In this document: positions 26,417 through 38,743 of the stretch, piece after piece
Position numbering within the stretch: position 1 is the first letter of the stretch
Layout of the letters: the number at the start of each line of letters is the position of its first letter
Assembly (NCBI GenBank): GCA_040954595.2
Contig: CM082584.2
Location: 2,387,344 to 2,451,343 of the forward strand
DNA length: 64,000 nucleotides
Direction: 5' to 3'
From: Balanoglossus misakiensis
Lineage: Eukaryota > Animalia > Hemichordata
The notes under the pieces: generated by a model
Seen by the model: the letters and a program-made list of their open reading frames with translations, nothing else
The model's database searches: none
Told to the model about the DNA's origin: nothing
Program-made: the position numbers and the translations under genes

Positions 26417-29400
26417 ACAGGGGCGACAAACGTTCTGCGCATGCGCTACCGGAAGTACAATGTGGGCGAGTGTTTTCAACCAGCTGATACGCGTCTAGCC
26501 AGGAGTCTGGCCAAGTTTTACCTTCTATAAGTTGTTTCGGCTGCAATCTGGTAACGCCAATGCAGATATATTATTATTGTTATTTCTTACGTCTTTTGAT
26601 AATATGATTGGACAAACTGTCACTCGGTAAACTCTGTAGTAGAAACGGTGTAGCCGCGGGAAAGTGTTTACCCACAGTGTTTTGCATGTTTATCTTTGGT
26701 TTCAAAACATAGCTGCGGATCGCATTTCGCGGATCGGCCGTAGCCCTTGAGATGAAACTTGGTAAATTCATGGCCGATAGAGTCTTGGCGTTCTGTTAGT
26801 TGCGCCAATATCACAGGTCGCACCGTAGTTGACAGCACTTAGAATTTTCTGAGCTCTGTCAACTACGGTGCGACCTATACCAATATGGCACCACCTATAG
26901 ATGCTTCCACCATGTTCCAATAAATTAGAATATCGATTCCGTCTACCGGTACTACGGAAAACATAAACGAGGTGAGTCTGGTGGTTGTTGTGCTATGTTT
27001 AATTGTGATTGTATTGGTATGAGAGATGTTATCAAAGAGAAAATCCAATGTATAAATAACGAAAATATTTATTATAAAAATATATGATCATTTCCCATCT
27101 ATATTATGTACATACATGTAGATTAAATCGACCACTTCTCTGAAAACATCAATATCCAAAATTACATATTTACATAAACAAAGCAATTCAAAACATTTGC
27201 TATGTATTCCTTAATGTACACTGCCCATTATTTATTTACAGAAACAACAGAGACAAGGTCACTATGACAACTATGGATGGTCAACTCTCAACTTGAATTG
27301 ATGAAGGTAAGCTTAGATATAATTGATTTTCCCCCTCGTATTTAATTGCAGATATCTTCTCAACTATACATTTGCTCTGAAGTATCTAATTCAGTACTTA
27401 CAAGATAGAAACTGTTATTATTGACTTTGTCAAGATTTGGTAATAAATATGATCATAAGTTATAAGTTACAGGTATTTACATATTTCTATATATGTTATC
27501 AGTTGCAAAATTAAAATCCTATTAGTGTTACGGTACCGATATGATACTCTGCATCAATGCCAATAAAGTTGTCGTACCATCTCAACAAATCAACTGCATT
27601 GGAATATTTAACTTGGGCAAACAAAGCACCACTCTGACTATTTCTGTGACTATGCGAATCTACAAGCAGAATGTTGCCCTGGTTCACTATAAATAACACC
27701 GACATTTCATTTCTAACATATATTAATGCACTTTGTCTTTTGGTTAAACAATAACCAAAATAAAACTCTAATAACCCTCGCCTCGGTTCTGACCTGTGAC
27801 AAGTATAAACCGGTCCAATTTCATTTGACTGAAATTGTAAATTTAATTTGTTTCCTAGCACTTTAATTGCCTCTGATGGTGAAAGGTTCAATGAGTTGTG
27901 AATTGCATTTAATCGGTATACATCATGTACATCATTTCCACGAACGCACGACATAATGAATCCAGCCAACCATTCTTGAGGTAACACTGTCTATGTAGGT
28001 AGCATATTTGTAGGACATCTTTGGTAAAACCATTGCGCAAACAGTAGACAAATCAAGGTGCAAGCATTGCTGCCTGAACGTACATTATTGGAGTGTATTG
28101 TTCCTTGTGAAATGATGTAGTGACATAGCCAGTAATTAATGGTGCCGTGCATTTGTGGTTTTGGTTTCAACCAAACCAAATGTCGTAAGTGAGAATATTT
28201 ATGAAGTTGTTTGTTTGTGTTTTCTTGTATTTGTGTCTGTTTGTGAGTAAAAGTGGAGTGACTGCATGTGGCTGTGGGTTCTGGAGGTGCTGATGTCTGT
28301 GATTGTTGTGTTTCTCCGCCGCTGGTCGATAGGTTGGATGTCTGTGATTGTTGTAAATGTGTATCATCATTTGATGAGGGAGAAGATGTTTGTGCTGGCA
28401 GTGATGGTGTTTGTGTTTGTTGAACATTATTGGTGTTTGAGTTGGGTGTCTGTGCTTGTTGTGATTCAGTGGGGGAAAGAACAGATAGCTGAGGAAGTTG
28501 TGTTGAAGAAGAAACATTGGAGAAACCAGCATTGGAGGTGCATGTAGTGTGTGTACTCATCTCCCTGTGTTGGTGGTTTTGGTATTGACCAGTTCTAACT
28601 TGTGGTATTAAAGCTGCACGAGATTTGATGTCATCTTCAAATTGTGTTGTTAGGTAGTACTCTTTCCCATGTGTGTGTGAAGTGGACGTAAAGCCATCAC
28701 TGTGCTCTGTCTCTGTGGACTCTTGTGGAGGCCGTTGTGGCATTTCCTTCACAATGCCCTCATTCCAGCTGTTAGACAGGCGAACAACTTCAGCTGTTAG
28801 GAAAGGGGAACAAATAGAACAGCCAGTTTGACTGAGGCAGGTAATGTGATATGTGTGGCCACAGGTGAGACGTTTGCAAAGATTGGAAGAAGAAGAGGTT
28901 GAACAGGTTGGACTGTCACACAGGAGGTCTTCATTTGGTCGGTGTTGGTGAGACCACCTGAAACCCAGCGGTAGGCATTTTGATGTGATGTCTGCATTGA
29001 ATGTTGGGAGGTGATATGTTCCATTGTTAATTGGTGTGGGTCGGTGTTCAGCTGCAGATTTCATAACCTGATTGACAATGTCAAGTAGTGTCTCAGCACT
29101 TCTGCCAGCTAACAGTGTCAGGTCATAGTCGTCTTTGCCATGGTTGTGCAGTTGTAAGAATTCTTGAATTAGAATGTTGTGCTTTGTATAGTGTAGCATG
29201 TGTGCTTGTCTTTGTATTGTGTTGCCATCATCATGTGGTTGTATGTGGTGTCGAAGTGATGAGTGAAAGAGCTCCACTTTCTTCTCAGTGATGATATGTT
29301 GGTGGTGTTGTGTCAGATTTGTGTAACCGGGTAAGTGTGATGTGTGGTATAGGTCATCAGAAAGCAAACTCAGCAAAGATTTGTTGTAGTGATGTCTGTT

Positions 29401-32400
29401 GGCTATGATGAAGTAGATTTCCAGGCGTTTCATGACATTCAGTAACATCTTTCTGTCATTACCTTGAACAAAAACAGGGTAATGTAAATAAACAAGCGGG
29501 ATTAATTCATCAAGAAGAAAAAGCAAGAATTGCACTTCAACAGATTTACAGACAGTCAGTTTTCCAATTACATAACGACGGATGCGAACCCAACCACTGA
29601 ATGCTAGAAAAATACAGAGTGAGACCTTGTAGGGTTTAGGCAAGGCAGCTAATATAAAACGCTTATCAAAGACTCCATTGCACAGTAACTGGAAAAAAAA
29701 CTTTGAACAGATAACAATATCACGGGATGCATTTAAAGCAATATGAAATTGACCAACAGTAGGTATGAAAGAAAGAACTTCTCTTGGGACAACTGTGTCA
29801 TTTTCATTGTAAGAGGCGATGATTTTTTTCCCAAAGTACCACACTGGCCAATCACCTGGTGCCAAAATAGCATGCTGTGAAGTGTATGTCTTCAGTTGTG
29901 GCAAATTGAGAAGCATGGTCCACAGGTTGTACAGGTCATCTTTATTCTTTAGTTGCTGTTCAATCTCATCAATCAGAATGGTTGTGTCAAGGGTGTGCAA
30001 TTCTTCTGCATCAATGTCAGTATATGGCCTTAAAATTAAAAACAAAAGAGAATTGAGCAAAGGTTGTAAATGCTAGAGCAAAGAAATTACATCAACAATT
30101 ATATTCATTCACTGCAACAGACAGTTACATTCTCTAATTTCTTTTTCAGATTCACTGGGTGTGATTTACATCAGAAATACAAAGGTGATAAAATATGTAG
30201 TACATGTGGTTTATTTGGTAAGTATAACTTTGCATTCTTTATTTAGTGGGGAAACATTCATGATAAACAATGTAACATCATAAAAGACTTTAATTTTATT
30301 ACAGTACTGTTGTATTTCCTGTAACTGACTGATTGATTGACTGACCGAACGAACACACAAATGTTTGGTGGCATCGAACAACGGTGGGACCTTACCTCAT
30401 ATTCTTCAATGATGAGATAGCATGTTGAGTGTTAAGCTTATGAAAGGTAGATGGTAAAGATTCCAAAAAGCTCATGGAATAATCTTTCATAAAGTATTTA
30501 AATTCTCTCCTCATTACATGGGGTGCTATCCCTCCTCGTACTGGAATTTGTTTGCCATTTTTGTCGTATATGAATATGGTCCTGGATGCAAAGTAAAAAG
30601 AACATTTTTGTCATGTCCACATGTATATATAGTATACGTATGACGCAAATAGTACAGTTGTTTTATTATACTTTTTGTATTGTTCAGAAAACTGTAAAAC
30701 ATGTATACAGTATATTATTTTTGCAAAGACTGTCATAAGGTAATCATTAATATGTTTTACCCTTACCTGTGCATAGATCCATCATCTGGCAGATTGAGTG
30801 GCTCAATTGGAAGAATATCCAACATTGTAGTCGCCATGTGTACTGCCTTACTGGTTTTGAGGTCCTTATGGCCAGAAGCCATCGATTTAAACCCATGTAT
30901 GTTATGGAAGTCGTCGATTAATGCCAGGATGAATGTCTTTCCTCTTTCCTTGGAATCAAAATAAAAAGAGTCAAAGGTAAAAGGTGTACGACTTTGTAAT
31001 TATAGGACATCATGCATAACACCCCTATGACTGTCATAGATTGACTATACAATAAATTGGAACATGAATGACATTGTACAAAAAGAGCATCATCTTGTAA
31101 AAGCTAGGATAGCAATCATGTAGCCTGGTCTCCATAACCAATGTGTTTTAGATAGACTCACACACAGGTATGTTTTCTATTTACAACTAACCTTACTACA
31201 TAAATTATTATAAAGAGATGGATTTTTACATTAAACTTCAAGGAATAAAAAACATTGATTTTCACTTAAATGGGTGTTGAACTTTTCTTTCTGGCTTTTG
31301 GGTAAACTCAAAAATGAAACTCATTTATAAATACATGTATATTTCACTAAATTAAATCACTGAAAAAGTGCAAATTAAATCTCTGAAAAAGTGCAAAATT
31401 TCCTTTTAATATAAAAAACCTACTTGTAACTTCTTCTTAATGAATGTCTGCACATTTCTCCTGTGTTCTTTGGAAATTACTTGTTTCTTCCTCCCCAAGG
31501 TTCTTGAGTGCTGTGAGAGACCCAACACCCGACACATATCCAGGGCTTCCTGTGACAACCCTTGCATGGTTAAATAAAATCCCATGGCCTCTTGGAACTG
31601 GCTTGTCTTCTGTGATCTAATTTTATGATTGAAAAGAAATAGGTTGAGATTTTGGTACACTCAAGTAGTTTTAAACAACTGACCATTGGGTGTGTTTCAG
31701 TGAACACAACAATGTAAATAAGCTACCAAAAGAAACAAAATTATTCACCTGTAAAATGTGAGTAAATTTAAGGTGGCCAGTACTCTCATCTCTTGTTGCT
31801 TTTTTCTTTGTGTCGATGTTGCTGGGTCAACTAGTGCTGTATAGATCAAACTATACAGATCTGGTACATGTTTCTTTACAAAGAACTCCAACTTCTTCAG
31901 ATCAAAAGAAACACCATTCTGTTGTGCCCTGTACACCATTTCCTGTAGGGTCCTCAGTTGAGTGGGAAAAGTTGATGCTGGGAATTTTGAGGAAAATTAT
32001 AACCCACAATTATTATCAGAATTACCAAATAACCTACTTGCTGCTAGACACTGTTCACATTTTATTTAGTTGCCTTACATTGCATGTGAAAAGTCTTACA
32101 CTTAATGAAGTCATATTTTAGTAACTGCACAGTCTCAGACCAAACAATGTTATATTGAAAGGGTGCAGATTTGATTTACCTCTTTGTATGTCTTGCATCT
32201 GGTGGTAATGATATCAAAACTGGCCTTATTCGTTAGATAAATAGCACAAAATCTTATTAACTCTCTGTAACTGTGTTAAAATCAAATACTAACCTTCTAG
32301 TTTCGAAATAATGCTTCTCCATTGACTACTTGACAACAATACGTGACCCTCACTACTTGAAAGAACTGTACCACAATACTGTGTCTCTTTCTGGTCAAAT

Positions 32401-33705
32401 TGGATTGGGTACTGTATGATAGAAAATACATGTACAAGTGTTGAGTTGAAGAAATAGGACAATCACATCAATGTATCAATTACTTTTTCACAAAACACAG
32501 ATATTCCTTGTGTAGAACCTGATAAATATAATGAAAAAACAACAAGACATTATCATTTTCATTCTCTCAAGAACCCCCCCCCCCAGCGTTTGCGCCCTCA
32601 ATTATTGAAGTGTCAGGGACTTCCCTTTCTTACGTTTGTTTTGTTTCATAATACGACTTTCGTACGTACATATTGTGTCATTGAACCCGAAGTGAACCTC
32701 CCACGATCCCAGTGTGCGTTTCTACATTGAAAACATGTAATCAGAAGATATAGATGCTTGAAACTTACCAAGGGGGATCTGTCTCTGAGGTCAACGGATT
32801 TACTTTGGCTGGGAGGAACGTAAGCTTGGAAGCCGGGGAAAAACTCTGAGTCGGCTCGTAACTTGCACCTATGACACCATCGTGTTCCAGGCATGTAACT
32901 TCTGTCGGACTCGCCTACTTCATCAAAAACCTTGTACAGCCTTGACGGGATCGGGCGGTCGCTGATCGTCTGACTGTGTGACCATGGTGCCGGACAAGAG
33001 CAACGGCGACTGTCGTCTCTTGTCACACGACGAAAATGATATTTACAAATAAAACTAAAAACATCGCCGTCATTCACTAACCCTTTGCAACATCTTCTTA
33101 TCGCATCCGTTATAGCATATAACTTCCCACTACATTTGTTTTGTGACCTGGTTTTACCAGCTAAGACACAGTCGTTGTCGCACATCTTGGCAGTGTTTAC
33201 AACTAGACTACCATGGTAACGACTGGTCCACTTTTGGAAACGTTCGCGCCAAATGTTTACATCGTCTGCTGTTGCTCATGAGAACGGATTATTGTTTATT
33301 TCTCAACTAAGGCGGTAGTACACATCATACTTTTCGTGAAAATCACACGATTGTTAAACAGCTATCAACATGACGTAGGTGAAGTTTTATTAGCCTAAGT
33401 CGAAATCACAGTATCTGCATAACTTTGAAATGTTTATTTCAAACTGACACAACACTGACATGACGTTGTGCATGCTCAAATTACGCGCCACCAAATTCAA
33501 GTCGCGATATCTTATTAGGCCAGGGTTAGATTGATGTGGACATGAGGTATGTTTTAGATCATGGTTCACACGAGCTTTATGTGTCATTTTGTCCATCCCT
33601 TTTGGGTATTTTTCATCCCTTTTGAAAAAAAGTTACGTCTCCAGCATAAGTCTATGTAACTGTTTACTTCCTGTGGCACATGCGCAGAACGTTTGTCGCC
33701 CCTGT
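26417..33705 (-). mobile_element. TIR DNA transposon with Academ-like transposase
   Basis: 27-bp perfect TIR ACAGGGGCGACAAACGTTCTGCGCATG (41 bp with 3 mismatches), flanked by direct repeat CATTCTCGTG(C/T) at 26406-26416 and 33706-33716. Confidence 0.8.
27511..33185 (-). pseudogene. 7-exon Academ-like transposase fused to RING-like and papain-fold protease-like domains (~1280 codons, one internal TAG at 27993-27991)
   Basis: Exons 33185-32769, 32411-32294, 31977-31749, 31616-31424, 30948-30767, 30581-30396, 30028-27511; all GT-AG with consistent phases (3843 nt). Motifs IDDFHN, PGDWP, GQFHIALN, HHYNKS, EKKVELFHS; C..C/CGHTYH..C/C..C; GSNACTLI and LVDSHSH. Confidence 0.75.
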
Positions 33706-36700
33706 CATTCTCGTGTACGTTAAGGCGTGGGCGCCCTCTATCGACAGACTGAATACGTTAATCGAGCATAATAAACAATTGTAACCACACCAGCCAATCA
33801 GTTGATGTAATTCATGTTCAAGACAAGCAAATAAAATGAGACATTTCCGAGAAAACCTCCAAAACTATTATCATGTGACAAATAGTGGCATTTTGGGGGT
33901 CGAAAATGATATTCTTAAAAGAAGGCCAAAAATCCACCGCTAGATGCTCACAATCCCATTATTATTTTTTAGTTTCACCTTATGACCCGTCAACTTTCTC
34001 TGATAGGACTCATACTGTAGTGTATTTCGCTGCCATAATATTTTGACGATGTAGATTATCGACTACCCATTGACCGGCAGCCAAAATTCCACCATTTATA
34101 GGGTTATGCTGAATCATTAACTTCGTTTTCAAACACAGTATCGTAATCTTGAAATGGGCGAACATGTTAACCTTCGATTACGACCAGAGGTGTCAGAAAA
34201 TAAAGCTGTTTAGCGGTGGATTTTTCGTATTTTCCGCCTCATAAATTATCCTTACCCTGGGACGCTCGTCCAGGGGTGCCATTACGTAATGCCTTAGTTG
34301 CCGTGATGCATTGTGGGTAAAATCAGCTGATCGTATACGCGTATCCTAGCAACTGACATGGACGCTACCATTAGCGCCCGCCCGCGTTCAAGATCATTTT
34401 AGTGTTGCTACAGTTCAGAAAATCGTGAACATACATAATTCCCAATCAGTTTGGGATGATTTTTAGCCACAAGTAGTAATTACTGTCACTCATTCACTTA
34501 TTTAACAAGCCATGACAACATTATATGAGGGAAATAAACCTTTATTTCAACTTCAATCTGGTGAGTACATGGATTTCATTTTACCCCATCAAAATAGTGC
34601 GTCTTGAAAGGTCAAAGTTCAACTTTTCCTTTGTTCATGTAAAATTGGCGCCATATTCAAATTGCAGCCGATGATCCCTTCAGCTGTTATTTGGAGGTAT
34701 GCACTTGTTCAGTTGGCATGTCATCATGGCATTTTGTGGTTATTTTATGGCCATAGCTGCAAGAGCAACAAAAGAGCTTTCTAATTCCGAAAAGTCTACT
34801 CAGGAAAAGGCTGAAAATACATCAAGATTTATGCCTGTTTACAACATATCCATTGGACAAAGGTATGCCAAATATCAGGATATCATGGCTAACAGCAGAA
34901 ACATGCAAGTTACCAGTTTAAATTTAAACTGCCACGATTTGAGAAAACACTAAGTGCTTCAGTTCAATGGTTGAATTCCAGGAAAAATGTCAGTATTTCT
35001 ACAGTATTTTTCTGCAACTAGTTGGCAAAAACTGCCTTTATCAAGGCAAATCCTACACACAGCACTTGACTGTCAAGAGTGCCAAAGTAGCAATGTTGAT
35101 GTTCTGCTTTTGAACAAGTACTATCAGAAACATATCAAAAGTCTTCCCTTCTCGACTGTTGAGGTAATTGAAGATGCAATGGGAGAGATGCAACAACTAC
35201 AAAATCCACATGAGACAAAGCTGACTGTCCCTCTTAAATCTACCGTAAGAACTGCCGGACAGCTATATCAGCGAGTAGAGGAGTCATACAATAAAGTGTA
35301 CTCAACACCTTTCAGTGAAGCGCTTCTCAAAGTTCCGGGGTTCAAGCTACAGACAAAAATCAGCAAAGAACAGAAAAAGAAAGACAGACGAGCACTTTAT
35401 ACTAATGTCAAGCAAAGCATCGAAAAATCCCACGCTAAAAATGACGGAGATTTAAAAACAATCCTAGGATCCGGTCAGTCATTTGCTTGCTACGAATCAT
35501 GTTGACGGTCTGTTGACTTTGAGTCTACCGATTCTGCCAAGAAGCGAGTAAATCGCCGTCTACAACTAGAATCCCTCAACAAGCTGACACCAAAAGACCA
35601 TGTTGTAAAAACAGAGTCTGTTGAATAGGACAAAAGCTCATTTGTAAGTGAACTTTCCAATTATGATGCTGGCAAGGTCAACTGGAGTAGCCTTGCGAGA
35701 AAGTACGGGCTAACAGCTGCAAATGGTGGCCAAATACTGAAAGAGTACGCAACCTCAGCTGGCATCGACACTGACAAGTTCAATATCAATAAGAAGGTTC
35801 AAGGTCGAGATTTTGTCAGAAGAGTACACCGTAAAACATTGAAAGGTCTTGGGGGAGGTGTCACTTCCTCAACACCGACCAGCAAGAGCCCTGCAAGAAA
35901 TATTGAAAACAAAAATAAGAAGTGGCGAAATCGACATCGGTGAATTAATAGCACCAAAAGAGTTCCAAAAGATGACCATTGGAAAAGATGGCAAATTAAA
36001 AGAAGAAACTTATACAATCTACGCTAGAAAAATAAACTTACAGACAATCCGAAAACGAGAGCTTGACAGACAAATTAAGCTTGGTGTTCTGAGAAGCCAT
36101 GTTTATGGGTATGACGACGGTCATTACCAAAACCTAGAAGAAAAAGAAATAAGGGATGAGCTACAAAGAATACACGAGTTGAAAGAAGGAGAAACCATCG
36201 ATGAAATGCGCAGTATATTAAAAAGACTACATCACTCACGGCACTTCAAAATATGGCATGACCACAGTACTGTAGGCAACCATTCCCACATTGTCTTCAT
36301 GGTGAGCTGGATATACGACGCGGCAACATATCTGACAAATGAGGAGTACTTGGAGAAACACGGAAAAAAAGTAAACGTTGACTCGCTTGTTGAGAAGCCA
36401 CATCTATATATAATGGAACGATCCAACTCCAATGACGTTGATCAGCTGTCATATGTTGAAACCAGAGTAGAAGATCTAAAATGTTTAACAGGACCAATAA
36501 CATCCGACGAAGGTTCCAGGGAATACACAGATGTCCACCGATTTTTTCATGGCGATGGACCGGCACAGGAGTTTGAGGATTAGCACCAGAAAGGAGGTCA
36601 CTACCAGTGCATCTGTGGAATAGAGTCAAGAAGACATGATGATCTGTCTGCATGTTACCATCTGAAATATCTGTCAATAGATGAGAAACGTAACTTGTTA

Positions 36701-38050
36701 ATCAAGGGCAGCCCAATATGGAGAGAAAAGTCACGGCAAACTTCCCATCCATTTGCCAACTTAACAGTGGCCGACCTTAGGAGAGAGCTTGATGCTAGGG
36801 GTGAAGAAACTGAAGGATTAAAGAAGCCAGACTTACAATCTAAACTCTCTGAAATTTTACATGGTATGCAGAGAGTACCAGCACTGCTCCATCTCACTCC
36901 AGAATATAATCTTGCTGAAATAAACTGCTCTGCATATGAAATTTTGCCATCAGAGCCACTCCATGACCTGAAGGGACACATCCACAATGTGTTAGAAGAA
37001 ATTCCAGCACAAACCAAGGATAAAGAAGAAGCAGTAAAGTTACAGAACTTTATTCAGGCAACATATGGTGGTTAAGACGAAATTCGGGGATGCGATGCAC
37101 GCAAAGCTATCCTTCTGGTGTCCCAGTATCTTCACGAGAACAACATAAATACTGAGCATGGTCAGCTTATTGACACGCTTGCTGAAATAAGCGAAACTGC
37201 TTATAAACATGACAATGACAGATGCCCACGACTGATTCTGCGATTGTATAACACTGTATTTTTGCATGGAATATTGTGCAAAAGGGTATTTGAGAAGCCA
37301 AAGAAACTTACCAAACGAAAGATGTTCGGGCGGTATTTCCATAACATCACCGTCCATCTACCTGATCAACTGAGATTGGTTTCTCTGAGGTCAACAAATG
37401 CTGAAAACCAGGAGCGAGTTTTCAATCGAATACGGAGAGTGACGAAAACAACTTCCTCCAAGCGTCCAGGTGGTATCATAGGTAATGCCATGATACGTCT
37501 AGGTGCAGAAGAAGAGATGACAAAAGAAAGAGATCCATCACAAATTATAGAATCTGAAATTAGCAAAATTGGAAAGCAGCTCCCAAAACGTCAGAATACA
37601 GTAATCCCTGAGGACGAAATACTGCGACGACCAACACTACTGCAAAGCCACTATGAAAGGATTGCAGATTTCTTGCTGCCTGGAGAAGGTGCATTGTGGC
37701 AGAGACATGAGGAAGCAATAGAGTTTTTAACTCTGATACCCAGGATGATTTCAAGGTATCTGCAGTGCAATTTAGTCCCAAATATTTTAACTCACACTTT
37801 TATTTCTTTTCAATAACAATTAATGTTGATTATATGCAGACATAATACAACAGATTGCATGGTGTTTTGGGACAGGAAAAACTAATCTAAAATATAGTAT
37901 CAAAGCATCAAAAATTACATCTATACATGCCCTGTCTTTTTCATGGAACTTTTCTGTCAAGCAGGTTCTGTTATTTTTTGTGACGAGCAACCTCCATTTT
38001 TACAAATAATAGAACTATTCTCGGATATCCCACATGTTTTATGGCTTTCT

Positions 38051-38393
38051 AAAAAGGTCTCTCACTCGCTGCCCTTTTTCTTTTTGTGTTTGATACAAAA
38101 CACCATTTATGTTAATGTACATGTGTATATGTAGTGAATGAACGTTCAACCACACACAAGTTCCACCATGCTTGTATATGAGAGTAAAAACTCGCCCAAA
38201 ATGAATAAATGGTAGAGACCGATTGTTCATTTTGGCAAGGTTTTTCACTCTCGTGTCTACAAGCGGGATGGAAGGTGTGTGTGGTTGAATGTTCATTCAG
38301 TATATATCCACATGTACATTAACATAAACAGTGTCTTGAATGAAACATAATATTAATGGGAAAAGGGCAGCGAGAGAGAGAGACTTTGTCCCT
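38051..38393. mobile_element. TTAA-type MITE (same family as 8286-9114)
   Basis: GTCTCTCACTCGCTGCCCTTTTT ... AAAAGGGCAGCGAGAGAGAGAGACTTTGTCCCT|TTAA. Confidence 0.7.
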
Positions 38394-38722
38394 TTAACAG
38401 CTTGCAAATCCTTATTTATTTTGGAAAATTCTATTGTAAAAATTGTCCAAGATTATAGTACTTACATTAACCATTGGTGTTGTGTGTAAACTGTTATATA
38501 AAGAATGTTTGATCAATCTCCTTACCTGTTTATTTCTATAGGAACCAGGACCTCATCTGCATCATTTCCGGTCATAATTGTAATGTATGTTACTTTGAAT
38601 GCCTTGTACATTACTATCTGTAATACTGCCCTCTATGTTGACTTATGGTAATAAAGTGAGTTGCCTCGTTTTGGCACTCTGTTGACTAGACTTCATGGCG
38701 TACGGAGTTCCAATACAACACA

Positions 38723-38735
38723 TGGTGTCAGAAGT
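38723..38735 (+). promoter_or_regulatory. Primer-binding site, tRNA-Leu type
   Basis: TGGTGTCAGAAGT directly after the 5' LTR, complementary to the ...ACTTCTGACACCA 3' end of eukaryotic tRNA-Leu. Confidence 0.8.
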
Positions 38736-38743
38736 TGAGGAAA

